Positions 50,601 to 63,804 of a DNA stretch of 64,000 nucleotides are shown piece by piece; positions within the stretch are counted from its first letter, which is position 1; each line of letters starts with the position of its first letter. Below the pieces are notes generated by a model that saw only the letters and a list, made by a program, of their open reading frames with translations, was not told the DNA's origin and ran no database searches. The stretch is from positions 25,850,345 through 25,914,344 of the forward strand of contig NC_134028.1 of the NCBI RefSeq assembly GCF_964204645.1, in the 5' to 3' direction. The stretch is from Tubulanus polymorphus (taxonomy: Eukaryota > Animalia > Nemertea). A program made the position numbers and the translations under genes.

Positions 50601-53600
50601 ACGCACTATAGTGGTATTCCCGTTGTTCAACGCACTAGGGTGGAATTTTTCAAAATTTTCAAATAATCTCCAGTACTATAGGGTATTAATTAGTCAGCAC
50701 TGAAAGGGTTAATCCAAACCTGTCTACATTCTATTCTTCCGTTAAACTTACATTATCTTACACAGAGGTTTATTAGGGTCGATCACTGCTATTCGTTTCG
50801 GAATTTCTTTCTCGGGTTTTGGTTTCACGATGTCGGCCACCTGTAGAATACAAAATGAAAATAATTTCATTCATTTAAACAAAAATAATTCCAAGAAGAA
50901 ATCGGCAAAAATCTCTTCGAAACAAAGCGACAACGTTAACAACACGCATTTATATCAGCGGCTCATTTATTTACGACGCGCGTCAAATCTGAAATATTTG
51001 TCTGATCAATAACTGTATGTATATCGAAGGCCTATTTCAATAAACAAATTCATTTTTTTCAGCTTGAAAATAGTTTTTATAATAATAATCATAATAATAA
51101 TCCTAATTTATTTTCCACATAAAGACAGCGATGAAATGAAAACATGTGCCTACACCTGACGATGATCACTAGTGCGAGATCGAAACGTCGTGTATTCTAT
51201 ATATTTTAGATTAAGTAATAAATTCTTGTTTTTAAATTCTTTTAATCTGTAGATAGTGGGTTTTTATCTTATTATCTATTCACCACGTCTGAGTGTGGTT
51301 ATCATTCTCTAATGTGCCCTCATGGAGGTGGTCACACTAATTAAACAGGGAACAATTAAAAGTGCTCCTTACTGTAAATTTTGAGCCTTGATTTAACATA
51401 CATTGACAGAAACCGAACGTGCAAGCGTTCACAATGGTGTGTGAATAACACAGAAATGAACTAATTAACAGGTTATAACCACGAGTCAAAGTTTTTGTCT
51501 AATCAATATTTTCAATAGATAAACTTGAATGAACAAATAAATTCTGAATTTTGCACACAGAAACAATACACTAAAAGCGGTATAAAGTGAAGCCATGCTG
51601 AGATTGAATGAGTTGTTATTGTTACCTGTTGCGTAGTGATTGGCAGTGTAAGACAAACCTGCTGCGTATCTGAACTACTCGCTACGACCGATGAGCCGCC
51701 CTGCTTCTGAGACAGTATCTGACGCTGCATCGCGAGCAGTTTAGTCTGAATTTCTGGCGTCTGGTTTTGTAGAAGCGCTTGTTGAACGACTGGAAATTAT
51801 ACAGAATCGATAAGCTTCTAATCGCAGCCAACATAATTGAATAGATCAGATTTCGGCCGTAATTAAGAAATGGTGTTTATAAATATGGCATTCAATGAGG
51901 TACCAGTATTGCGGCTGCAGCAAGCAAGGGCATGGGAGCCTAAAAATCTGGTTTCCTCATTTCTGTCTCGATTTTTCTGATTGCTGGAGTTTTTCAGGTT
52001 TTTGGGAAGAGTTTTCCAGGGGCCAGTTGCACAGCCGTGACTTAAGTCTAAAAGTGGTCTCAAATCTTAAGACCAATCTTAAGTTGTTAGATTAGCTATA
52101 GAACTAAGTTGGTCTTAGACTGGTCTTAAGTCTAAGCCTCGACTATACAACCGGCCCCAGGTGTCTACCCTGCCGGACGGTACATCATTGAATATAAACA
52201 GTAGATATTTACCTTGTTGAATGACCTGTGGAGTAACTGTATGCCTCGTCGGAGGCACAGACGTCGGAGTCGGAGGCGTTTTCGGCGCCGCGTTACCGGC
52301 CACCGGACGGGTCGACAATCTCGGAGGAGACGTTGACGTACTGAACGATATTGTCGGAGCGACGCTCGAAATACCGCTGGTCGTCGTCGGAGACGTCGTC
52401 GTGGTAGTCGCCGAGACCACCATCGGCTGGCCGATTTTAACGATCGGTTCCATCGGTTTATTAACGGTAGTTTTACCGGCGACCGCGACGACCGGTTGAG
52501 GAGCGATGATTATATTTTGCGACGTCGGTTGTTGCGTCGCAGTCGTCGTCTGCTGAACCGGCGTCTGCTGTTGTTGTTTCACTTGTCGTTGTTGTTGCGC
52601 GAATTGTAAAACTTGTTGTAGTTTATCGAGCGTGACGAGAGTCGGTTGATTCGAACCCGGTTGTTGAATCGATATCGCTGATTTCGATACGAGCGTCGTC
52701 GAAGCCCCCGATGTCGCCGTCGCCGTACTCAACACCGTGTTCGCGTTGTTAGTCTTCGCGTTCGGGGTGACCGTTACGAATTTAGGTATCGAGGTCGCGC
52801 CGCTGATCACCGACGACTTGGGAACGGCGGCGATGATATTCGCGGTCGACGTACCGATCCCGGCCGGCGCTATTATCGGAATGGTCGCGGAGGCGCTCGA
52901 CGTCGGGCGTATGGTTAACGCGGGACGCGTGATAATCGTCGTCGGAGCGGTCGTATTGGAAGTCGGAGTAACCGGTTGTTGGAGTAGGAGTCTTCCGTCG
53001 GGCATGCGTATGACCTGCTGACCTAAAAATCATATAAACATCGGTCTTTAATAAATCTGTCGGTTTTCGTGTACCGTCACTACACTCAACACTAAGCAGC
53101 TAAAATATAAAACAAAGGCTAAAAAATACCTCGTATCTCATTTCTGCCGAGCTCAATAGTTGACCCAACTGGCCACTTATCTACCGTGTACATTACTTTT
53201 TTTTCAAATCATGATCGAGCGAACTATAACAGACCCGGCAGTTACAGAAATGAGCCAATTACAAAGCATATTGCCTAAAATAAAACAACCAGGCCAAAAA
53301 AGGAGAAACAAGGTATTTTTCTTTATCCTAACAGCAAGCTACTACTACATTGAACATAGGGATAAGTCAGTGACTGACTTCTTACAGATCAGGCAATCCT
53401 AAATTCCGTCATAGTTCCCTGACCCTTGACCGAAAATCCTTTATTGATTTGCAAGATATTCTCAGTGGAGGCTGATTCTTCTCAAGAGGTTCCTTGAGAC
53501 AAGACGCCGGAAAATCTCTGACTTTTTCCCCAATTTTCAAGTAGTCAGAATTCCTACATTATCCTTGCTTGGAAATATATCTACATTTCCCCGATCTGTA

Positions 53601-56600
53601 AGAACCCAGTCGTCGCATGCAGCTTACCAGAAACAAGTCCGCGGACTTGCATCAAACCGGTCGCCGTATTTTGTACGATTTGTAAATTTTGTTGTATTTG
53701 TGAGACGGGCATTGTCGCGGTGGACACGACGTGCCTGATACCGGTTGCAGCAGCAGCAGCACTAGCGGCTGTGTGGTAATATAGAAATAACATAACAATA
53801 AATATATACGACTGTCGTCTCTAACCTAAAGTCTTTTTATTTTTGTCTGGGATTTATTTTTTGGGGGGTTTATCGAGACTGCATAGTCTCACTGGTCCAA
53901 ATCAAATACGCGTTCGAGAGATTAAGCGAAACATCCCAAAATAATCGAACCCAGACAAAAATAAGTAGATCTAAGAAAATTTTCATCTCGGTAAAAAAAA
54001 AACAATTCGAACTTTCGAGAAACTTACGTTGGATATTAATTCCCGATGGCATAATCGTACGTAATCCGGTCGGAGTCATGATCGCTGTCGCCGTGGAGCC
54101 AACAATCGTGGCGGTGGTGGCTGATGATTTCGGAGCGAGAGTAATCGACGTCGGTTGTTGGATGTTCAAAGCGCTGCCCGGTATTTGAATCGTTCTGGTT
54201 GTCGTTGAACGTGGACCGACCAATTTCACCGTAGTCAAACCTAATGGTCAAATAAACCCAACGATTAATATACATATTAAAACCTAGCGATAATAATGAA
54301 AACCCTTTTCTTTGAAATTCAAGTACAGATCAATAATTCTGTCAAAGACACGACGTTGAAAAAGAACTTTTCGCGATTCTTTTGTTCCAGTGATTTGCAA
54401 TAAGTTAGTTTTCTTTCTTTGTTTTTCCCATGATTTTTCGCTTTTTGAAAATTACGACAATAATTAGTATAATGTATAATGATGTTTACCCGGAGTTAAA
54501 GCCGACTGACTGGTTATTACTTTCTGCTGCACGGGAACCGATGATGTCACCGGTTTCGGGGTAATCGTTATTTTGCGTAACGAGTTTCCGCCGCCGTTCG
54601 GATTCGTCGTTAACACCGTTTTCGTCATCTGTCTCAACAGCGGACTCTGCGCTAACATACCGGTCGTTGGTAGAGTGACTGTTCTATATAGTTTGCCCGC
54701 CGGTATTTCGGGCCTGTTATGCGCGACTGTCTCGGATTTGACTACTTCGGGCTTGCGCCGCATCATCGACTCGGTTTCTCGTTTCAACGCGGCTTCCGTG
54801 ATGCGTTTTTGTTGTAAAATGTACCGATGTCGTCGCAATTGTTGCTCGATTTTCTCTTTGAAATCGGCCGCATCTTTCGGCGGTAGAATCGTTGATTCCG
54901 AGCGTCCAGCTGATTTTACCGTCGTTACGACAACCTGCTGCTGCTGCTGCGACTGTTGCGTAATCGGTGTCACCACCGGTGTTGCTTTCTGTTTCTGTTT
55001 TTCAAGCCTGTTTCGAAACGCAAAATATAAACATGCTTTAAAGAGACTTTTTTGATGAAAATTACGATTAAACTGTTGTAATGACTCAGGGTTGGGTGGC
55101 CTAACGATAAAATATCAGCTGCGTATATCTAGTGGTTACAAACTGCTAAACAGAAAGTTACTCTTAGAACCATTGGCTCTGCGAGGTCTAGCAATTTAAA
55201 ACACGAGTAAAAGCAAACTAACTTTTCAGCGAATTGACGAATCTCCCACAGTTCGACGCGCTCCTCGGGAACCCAAACCTCCGTTATACTGGCTTCAGCC
55301 GGTTTCGGAGATTCCGGACGCTTTCGTTCTCGTAATCCGCTACGGATCGGAGTGTATTTCTTTTCGGCTGAAAATTCAAAACATCCGATAAAATCGTCGC
55401 ACAGAAACGTCATAAACCACAGTTATATGAATTCCCCGAGATCTAATGGGTTAGTTTCAATTTTTCACGCATAGAAATGGACCTTTTGCAAAAATGATGA
55501 TACCTTCATGCCAGAGAGGCGCCAACATTATCAGGGCCCCCTCCCCACCTAGAAATTTTTGAAAAGTGCCCTTTTTGCAAATATCATTTGCAAATATCAT
55601 TCCCAGTTATCCAACGTGGAATCCTTCACTTGGGACTGACAAGCATTTTTGTTAAGGCTTAAGATGAATAATTATATCTGTTTTTGACTTTAGGCAACTG
55701 GTGTTTTTGACTTTAGGCAATGTTCACTGGTTGATAAAGGTGATTTTCAACAAAGCTGATTGCTGGCGAACGCTACGTGGAAGGGTCAAACGAATTTCGC
55801 AAATATCTTCTGGATTGGAGGAAAATCCATTTAATTCCTGGGAAATATCATTTTCAGAATTCCGAACTTGAAAATTTGAAAACTATAGAAAACTTACGTT
55901 TCGGCGCGTTATTCATATCGTTCATTGGTATGATGATTTTACGCACGAGGAATTCCGAACGCAGTCCGTACGGTCCGATATCGCGACGTTTCAACAGTTC
56001 GGTGGTCGTAATCTCAGTCTCCGTGGAGATGGTATTCGTGCCGCCGAGCTGCGGTTTGACGGACAGGTCATCCCAGCGTACGCACGCCCACAACACGCGT
56101 AACTGTAACGCGACCGACGACAGCGACCTCATAAACGATGTACGATAACGCCAACAGATCTTAAACGTCGGACGCGGGCACGGGTATACCCAGTTGACGT
56201 TCACCATTTTACAGTTATAATTAAACCCGGGCACCTCTCGTTTCCCGGCGCGACGCGCGAGCATTTTTAAATCGTAACGATCGACGAGTAAAATGCTACG
56301 TTTTTTGTTTTTACTCGTAAAGCGTTGCACCGGCGGTAACGCTTGTCCGATCGATTTAACGCCGCCGCCGCTTTTCAGCAAACTTTTCGTCTTCGGACCG
56401 ACGCGGAACGGCGTGAATTTCTTCAGTTCGACTTTCTCTTTCGTCGTGCGACGTTTCGGCATTTTCGATTCGAGTTCGGCGATTCGTGATTCGGCGTTCG
56501 ATACGATAATCCGCACGGCTTCGTTGATTCGATCTTCGGCCACTTTTATTTTTGTATCGTTCTCGCTGGAAGGCGACTCCTCCGGTTCGGTTTTAACGAC

Positions 56601-58827
56601 TACCGCCGCTGCGTCGTCGTTCTCGGCTCTAATCGGAGCGAAAACTTTTGCGTTGTCCAACGCATCTTTCAACACGCTGGCGCCGTCTACCTCAGTTTTT
56701 ACCGGTACTTTTTCGACATCGATGTCGTCTAGAGATTCATTTTTTTCGTTCTCCTCCATCGGCTCTTCTTTAACTAGAGCTTCATCGTCGGCAGCAGATT
56801 CCTCAGCAGACGGATCTCGCTGTACGTCCATTTGTTGTTCGTCACTTTGTTCAGTTTTAATCTGAATTGTATCCGGATCCGCGGGCGTTTGTGTTGCCGT
56901 CTCCGGATCCGCGGGCGTTTGTGTTGCCGTCTCCGGAGTCTCGTCTGATTGGTTGCTTTTCCTGCAACTCGTTGAGTAACACTCGTATTCTCCGTCCGAA
57001 CGACACGACGACGAGTAACAAGAAAACGACGAAGCCACCGTCAAATTCATCAAGTTTTCGTCGCTCTTCGATTCGTGAACTTCGCCCGAATCTTTCCGGG
57101 CCGCGCCTGCCGCCGCCTCGCGTATTTTCGCTAGTTTCCGCACTTTCTCGTTCTGCGCGACGGCCTTCGCGTGATTTTGATCCATTATTAAACTCATTAT
57201 TCCCTTGCGTTGTTTGAATTCGCGTTCCTCTTGCGCTTGTCGTTTCTCTAATAACGAGTCGAGTTTCGATTGTGGTTTTTTCACGCGTGGATAAAGCGTA
57301 TGCTCTCGTATTGATTTCGACACGTCGATCAGCTCATCATTCAGGAACATCTTTTCAATCTCCGGATCGTGGACGACTTTTTCGATGTTTTCATCCGATG
57401 ACCGAGTGATCGCTTCACTGGTTGCAGACGATTCTTGAACTTTGCTTTTCAGTTCATCAGTTGGCACATTTTTATCTTTACCCGTAGATTCTACAGAACT
57501 GTTGGGTTCTATTCCTTTATCAATCGACACTACAGAACTGCTCAGTTCCATTGCTTTATTGGAAGATTCTACAGAACCACTAGGTTCTATTGCTTTGTCT
57601 GAAGGTTCTACAGAACCGCTGGGTTCTATTGCTTTATCTGAAGGTTCTACAGAACTGCTGGGTTCTATTGCTTTATCCATAGATTCTACAGAACCGCTGG
57701 GTTCTATTGCTTTATCTGTAGATTCTACAGAACCGCTGGGTTCTACTGCCTTATTCGTAGATTCTACAGAACCACTGAGTTCCATTACTTTATCAGCAGA
57801 TTCTACAGAACCGCTGGGTTCTATTGCTTTATCTGAAGATTCTACAGAACCGCTGGGTTCTACTGCCTTATTCGTAAATTCTACAGAACCACTCAGTTCC
57901 ATTGTTTTATCAGTAGATTCTTCAGAAGTACTGGGTTCTACTGCTTTATCTGTTGAATCTGTAGTTTTTTCCTCAGATATTTCCATACGCTCTGGTTTGA
58001 TTGTTACATCTGGTTGATGATTATCACTGAAAGTTTGTTTTACCGCAGACGAATTCGTAGTCGATGGATCTTCAGTCACCACAGTTTCACCGGTTTCCTA
58101 AAACCATCAAACACAAATCACGAGGTCAAAACAAAATCTGAAGTAATATTTGAAGTAAATTAAAGACTAAAGGATATGAATTACGCACCTGATCGGTTTC
58201 CATTCTAATAGGTTCATCAGAAACGTCTTGTTTTACTTCATCAGTATCATCAACTTCCATTTCCGCATGTTTATCACTTGATTCATCCGTCGTGGCAGTT
58301 GTTGATTCCTCCGTTGTAGCGGGTATTGATTCCTCTGTTGTAGCAGGCGTTGATTCCTCTATTGCGGCAAGTCTTGATTCCTCCATCGCTACTAGCCTCG
58401 ATTCATCTGCCGCGGCAGTAGTTCTCGATTCGAGTAATCGCTTTTTACGGGTTCGTAAATTACCGGCAGCCGACCGTAGACCGACTTCGTTTTGAGGCAC
58501 GTAACGATAATTACGCGTAACGCTCGTCCAGTACCAACCGGCCGTTCCGTAAATACGATACTCCTCCCCCCGCTGTTTCCAAACCTGTAATCACAAACCG
58601 TCCGTTCATTACAATCACTATGATGTCATAGGGAGAATATAAGGAGGCGGCCATCGTTTCTATGAATACCGACCTGATGTTTTAATCCGAGCGTATATTT
58701 AGCCCAAGTCGATCGATCGATTTCCTCGTCGTCGTCTTTCTTCTTTTTCGGCACCAATTCTCGTTCTCTTTTCTTCGCCTCTTCTCGTTCGGTCGCCGTG
58801 TATCGCTGCATTCTAATGTGACCTGAA

Positions 58828-58865
<38 letters not shown>

Positions 58866-61800
58866 CAAACAAGTCGTATTGGAAGATTTAAGCACTTTCA
58901 TTTATTCTTATACGCCGTATACACTAATCCTCGTAACAACTCACCGAGTCCGTCGCTCCAAACGGTATTCATAACCACCGGTTTAACGGACGCCTCGAAT
59001 ATCAACAGAGCGGCCGCGAAATCCATCGGCTCGCGGCACATATTGACAGCGTTTAACCACGTCGTACGATGAGCCGGCCACGCCGGATGTAGAAACATGA
59101 CCGGCGCCGCCGCCTCGAGTTGTATCATACTCTGACGTAGAGTCACGACGGTTAGATCACGACTGCTGTAAACGGCTCCGTTCCATTTGAAATCGCTGGC
59201 CGGCGTTAAACTGAATTTGTGCGATAGATAACGTCGACGATCTCGTTCTTCGTTGTGCTGGTGTTTATTCAATCCTAACGTGTCGGTCGCGTAATAATTC
59301 TGATACTGTTTATAATTACCTTCGTAACCTTCAAAAATAAATCCACGGATAAACAATAGTTTCATCGATAAAACAAGTAATGAATGATTTCATGATGAAG
59401 TAAACCGTAATATTTTCAAATTTTTCATTATTTTCCCCCCAAAACCCCCGGGATGAGCCCGACTGAGCACAGACTGGGAGAGGACACGGGATGAGCCCGA
59501 CTGAGCCCAGACTGGGAGAGGACACGGGATGAGCCCGACTGAGCCCAGACTGGGAGAGGACACGGGATGAGCCCGACTGAGCCCAGACTGGGAGAGGACA
59601 CGGGATGAGCCCGACTGAGTCCAGACTGGGAGAGGACACGGGATGAGCCCGACTGAGCCCAGACTGGGAGAGGACACGGGATGAGCCTGACTGACTTCTC
59701 AACCAAGTAAACATTTTTCAAGACAACTAAAAAAACACTGAATGAAGAAACTGGAGGAAAGGAGCGTAAATTACGTACCTAATTTAAAGACGATTGACTG
59801 CGTAGATTGAGTTGTAGTTGTAGTTGTAGTAGATGTCACTGTATTCAGTAAACTCTTACCGCGACGGGTGTCGACTCGTACGATTTTACCGTCTTTATTG
59901 ATTACGAGAACGGCGTCGTCCGGGTTACCGGCCATACTGTTTACGACGTTCGACGAGTAACTCGTCATTTTAACGCTCGCCGTCGTGGAAACGATTGAAT
60001 CGACGAATTGTTTCGGCGTCAGTGATCCGGTTTTCGACCGTGTTACGATACGTCTGTTATCGGTGCTAGTTTCTGTGAAATAGATCATCATAGTTTATTG
60101 AATTCATCTTCTATTTAGTATTAGTATAGCCTACAGCAGCCACTTTCCACCCATTTACAAATTCCCCGAGTTTTCACTGATTTTTCCATGTTATAACAGA
60201 AAAAACCACGAGTAAATCAGAGAAATTTCTACGCTTAAATGTTACTATTCATCCCTTTTTTATTGAATCATGTATTCATTGAATAACATATTTGCGTTTT
60301 GTGAGTTTTGCCTGATTTTTTCCAATTCCCTGAGTTTTCCAGGCTTTCCAGTGGCCATGATGGAGGTTCATTTATTTTTCGTCAATCTAGCTATAATGTA
60401 ATTAATGATCGACACTTATTGAATGAGGACCCTGTTCTGCAATCCTGCTAGATGGTATACTTAACCAGATCTAAATGCAGTTCATTTACGATAAATTTTC
60501 AACTCGATTTTTAGCGTCCCACGTAAAACATTAGACGCGATGTCTCATGATAAACTCAGATTGACGTTCACCGCTCACCTGTAGCACTAGAGGTTGTAGT
60601 CGTTTCGTGTGAAGTTGACGATACAATCATTTTACTATCCCCACTTGCCGCAGCCTCTTCCTGCGTAATATGGTCGCCTTGTTCGTCGACTTTCATTTTT
60701 CCCACATCATTTCCACCTGTTAAAAAACGAACCAGTAGAATATTAGTATCAATATCTTTCTATAATCAGTTCATTCAAATTTTGCGTACATTTGTTTTCG
60801 TACACGACGTATAAGTCCCACAATTCTAAATTTACGAAAGTTTTAATGAAATGTCTGAATTGTCATTTGAAGAGAAGCGCAAACTGTAAACACTGCAAAT
60901 ATTCCTATATTCAAACAAACTTTTTTCGATCTAAATTTGAGGGACTGAGACGTTGATTTATGACAGATATAATGATTTCACGACAAGTGATTTATGTATT
61001 TACTTTTATCTTTTGGTTTGATGACGATTGTTTTGCCTTCAACTGTAGCCGATAAACTGACTGTTGTCGTCGACAAAGTAGATGTCGTCGATACTAATTT
61101 CAGCTCCATTTTCTGCGTAACGGGGTTTAAAACGAGACAAGCTCGACCCATCGTCGACGTAGTTTTAGTCGTCGCTTCGGTCGTCTTCTTTTCAACATCG
61201 GTCTGAAAAATATCGAACCAGATTATCAAACAACAGAGTTCATAGAGATGATGCAAAAATAAGATAGTGAAACAACTTTTGATAGTGAGGCAAATATGAC
61301 ACGTTTCTTATCGTTTAAGAACGCAGCCCTCGTCCTAATCCATTACATTTACGCAGGCGTCCAAATTATCGTCCAAAAAATATTTTGGAATACCAAAAAT
61401 CGACAATAGAAATCTTTTTGAATAGTAAGCACTTTTTAAAGGGCTTATCCCCCGAAACGAGCTGTATTTGAATTTAGCCCCAGAGAGAATTAAAAATCTA
61501 AACCAACCACTGATTTCATCTCTACGGTTTTCTCTTCATTGATTGGTTCGTCGATCTTCTCTTCTTTTATAGCGTCCGGTTTATTCTCATCAGTTTCCAT
61601 GGCGACTGGGTATTCGGTCGGTACGACGGTTTCTGAATTGTCGGATATTTCCGCTTTCACCGAGGGAGTTGAATTCAAGTCCCGCGAATCGGCATTTTCT
61701 TCAGATTTCTCAGAATCATCAGATTCTTTTGTTACGGATGAAGTAATATTTTCAGTCTTCTCAGCGCTGTTTTCAGTATTCACGTCAGTATTTTCAGTTT

Positions 61801-63477
61801 CTTGTTTGACGTGTTTTTCCGCTTCGAGTTTCAATTTCTGTTTTTCTTTCTCTTCGAGAAGTTTCTTCGCCTCAAGCGCTCGTTTCGTCGTCCGTTCTTC
61901 TTGTAACTTTTTGAGATTAGCTACGAATGAACAAACAAGAGTCGAGTCAACGTCGAGGAACGACAGTCACTAATTTCTATTACTTGGTCATTTTTTAAAA
62001 ATAATAACTTATGGATTAAGAATCCAACGATGGAATTTATTCATCAGTATTCTCCATATACCGAAATTTGGAAGTGAAATCTCTTATTTTTCACACTTTT
62101 TCAACTGTATACTATATTTGTCGATGCATTGATAGTTGACATCCTCTCTGATAGGGACAGCAGATATTTTCAAAGGGCTGATTTTCAAAGGGGTGGATGC
62201 AAAAAAATGAAAGGCTCCTTTAAAGCCGTTGTGGAGAACACTGTTGATTGTTTTCCCTCAATAGCTGGAAATGTGACTAAAATCCATCTACTTATATGTG
62301 GCCGTGAAGCTAATGCACCGGATAATGAGTTGAGACAGGAAATGAGTTTGTCACTCACGACCATATCCGATCAATCACAGCTAATATCAAACAGTATACA
62401 TATTTTGTTTAACAAGTTTTTCACCAAAATTCTTTTTAAAAAATTGTTTCCTTCCTCCGCTGAGTGAAATATAATATTTGTTGCTATATAACATAGATAT
62501 GTATTCTTTTTTCCCTCGACCTCTCCAGATATGTGAAGCTAAAAATACAAGTCATTTAAAAAAGGCCTTACCATTTTCAATATCTAACGCCGATTTTCTG
62601 GTGCCTTTCACCTTGTTCGTCAAATCCTCAGTGATATCCATTTGTTTTTTAATATCAGTTTCATGTTCGCACAATGTACGAAATAAATCCGATTCCCAAT
62701 CTTTACCGTCGATAGATTCTAACAGTTCGTCGAACTGACGCCTGGTACTGTAATACCAAACTTCGTTGTCACCTTCCCTAAAAAATGAAAACCACCAATC
62801 AATAATTCTAAATTCGCTACTTTTGCATCGAAAACCCGATAGGCCGAAATAAATTTCGACAAAAACGTACACAAATATTCTTCGTATAAGAAACCAATAT
62901 TTGCGACCGTTGCGATCGTAGCCGAGCGGATCCTGTCGACTCATTAAACCACTCTTCTCTAATTCGGACACACAGTCGAAAACACCTTCAACCTATTCAC
63001 GAAAAATAAAACCATTTACGACGAGTTTTTGATATAGATGATTTTTTATACGTGATACAGAACGTGGAATGGTCACTGAACTAGTCTAGTGGCTAAACTC
63101 GTAATTTAGAGGCTTTGTGCCAATAAATAAATGCTGTAATAATGTATATGTAATTAATAAAAGAAAATAAATTATGATCAATTGCAATCAGAAAAACATA
63201 GTAATAATAGCTGAAACGATAAAATTGTTTAGTTGATATTGAACAATAGTGAAGTGGTACGTGTATAAATCTTTGTAAGATAAACAATGATACACGGTAA
63301 ACGATTAGTAATTTTGATTAAAGGTATTGGGCAAGATGGATAGAACTTTTAAATACCTGATGATGTTTACAAATTGAACAAATCCAGTCGTCTTCGGGAA
63401 CTTCTTCTAACGGTGGATCAACGCACGTTAAATGATAAACAGCTGGACATGTCTCACAACATAGTAAATCACCGAGC
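47603..63477 (-). CDS. BPTF: Nucleosome-remodeling factor subunit BPTF/NURF301; 5' end lies beyond the window
   Basis: PHD1 half (63477-63357, [16 protein letters not shown]), [66 protein letters not shown]-rich region, coiled coil [14 protein letters not shown], two C-terminal PHD fingers ([10 protein letters not shown]; [16 protein letters not shown]), bromodomain ([13 protein letters not shown]...FDNCRYYN), stop TAG at 47605-47603. Confidence 0.96.
48120..48278. mobile_element. Fold-back MITE in BPTF intron
   Basis: aactgacac..gtacgct..aagtttgagcaaag / ctttgctcaaactt..agcgtac..gtgtcagtt. Confidence 0.6.
50428..50708. mobile_element. piggyBac-type MITE, same family as 42531, opposite orientation
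   Basis: TTAA-ccctttcagtgc ... gcactgaaaggg-TTAA; reverse complement aligns along the length of 42531-42818. Confidence 0.92.
51151..51194 (+). ncRNA. Minimal type I hammerhead ribozyme motif (Penelope-type)
   Basis: TACAC-CTGACGA-T-GATC-actagtgcga-GATC-GAAAC-GTC-GTGTA: 5-bp stem I, 4-bp stem II, intact CUGANGA and GAAA, GUC triplet, palindromic ACGU helix III. Followed by aataaa and the family tail to ~51313. Confidence 0.72.
52020..52157. mobile_element. PIF/Harbinger-type MITE
   Basis: CAG|gggccagttgcacag ... ctatacaaccggccc|CAG, 3-bp TSD. Confidence 0.8.
57480..57960 (-). repeat. Coding 39-bp tandem repeat (13 aa, ~12 copies) in BPTF
   Basis: Unit S(T/S)DKA(I/V)EPSGSVE visible in the translation and as gattctacagaaccgctgggttctattgctttatc on the + strand. 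Confidence 0.95.
58830..58863. repeat. (CAAT)n microsatellite in BPTF intron
   Basis: Directly visible. Confidence 0.95.
59449..59694. repeat. GC-rich 38-bp minisatellite, ~6.5 near-identical copies, intronic
   Basis: cgggatgagcccgactgagcccagactgggagaggaca starting at 59449, 59487, 59525, 59563, 59601, 59639, 59677. Confidence 0.97.
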
Positions 63478-63804
63478 CTAGAAAATTAACAATAAAATCT
63501 TTTTGTACAGATTGTATTAAATCATTATATTACCTAACAGGGTTCTTAGATATCAGGGAAACCAATATTCCGCGATATTTCCCTAAACTTTTGACCAATA
63601 ATTCCTTCATTGAATTATGCCTAGTGCGAGCATTACTCGTGCTACTACCAGGAAGAACAAGACACTTAAAATTCAAATAGGGCCTTCTCCGACTCCAAGT
63701 AGCCACGCAAGAAAGGAGATTTCCTTGACTTTCCCTATAGGGAAAAAAAAATCTGGAACTCTAATTTCTGCACTGCAATACGGTGAATTATTTGATGATC
63801 GACT

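Noticed and set aside
52221-58495. Long plus-strand ORFs inside BPTF, and 36456-36893 inside EI24
   Set aside because: Antisense shadows of low-complexity coding exons.
59331-59721. Three overlapping repetitive ORFs and a CRISPR-like look
   Set aside because: Head-to-tail 38-bp units with no unique spacers, in a eukaryotic intron; the ORFs exist only because the unit has no stop codon on that strand.
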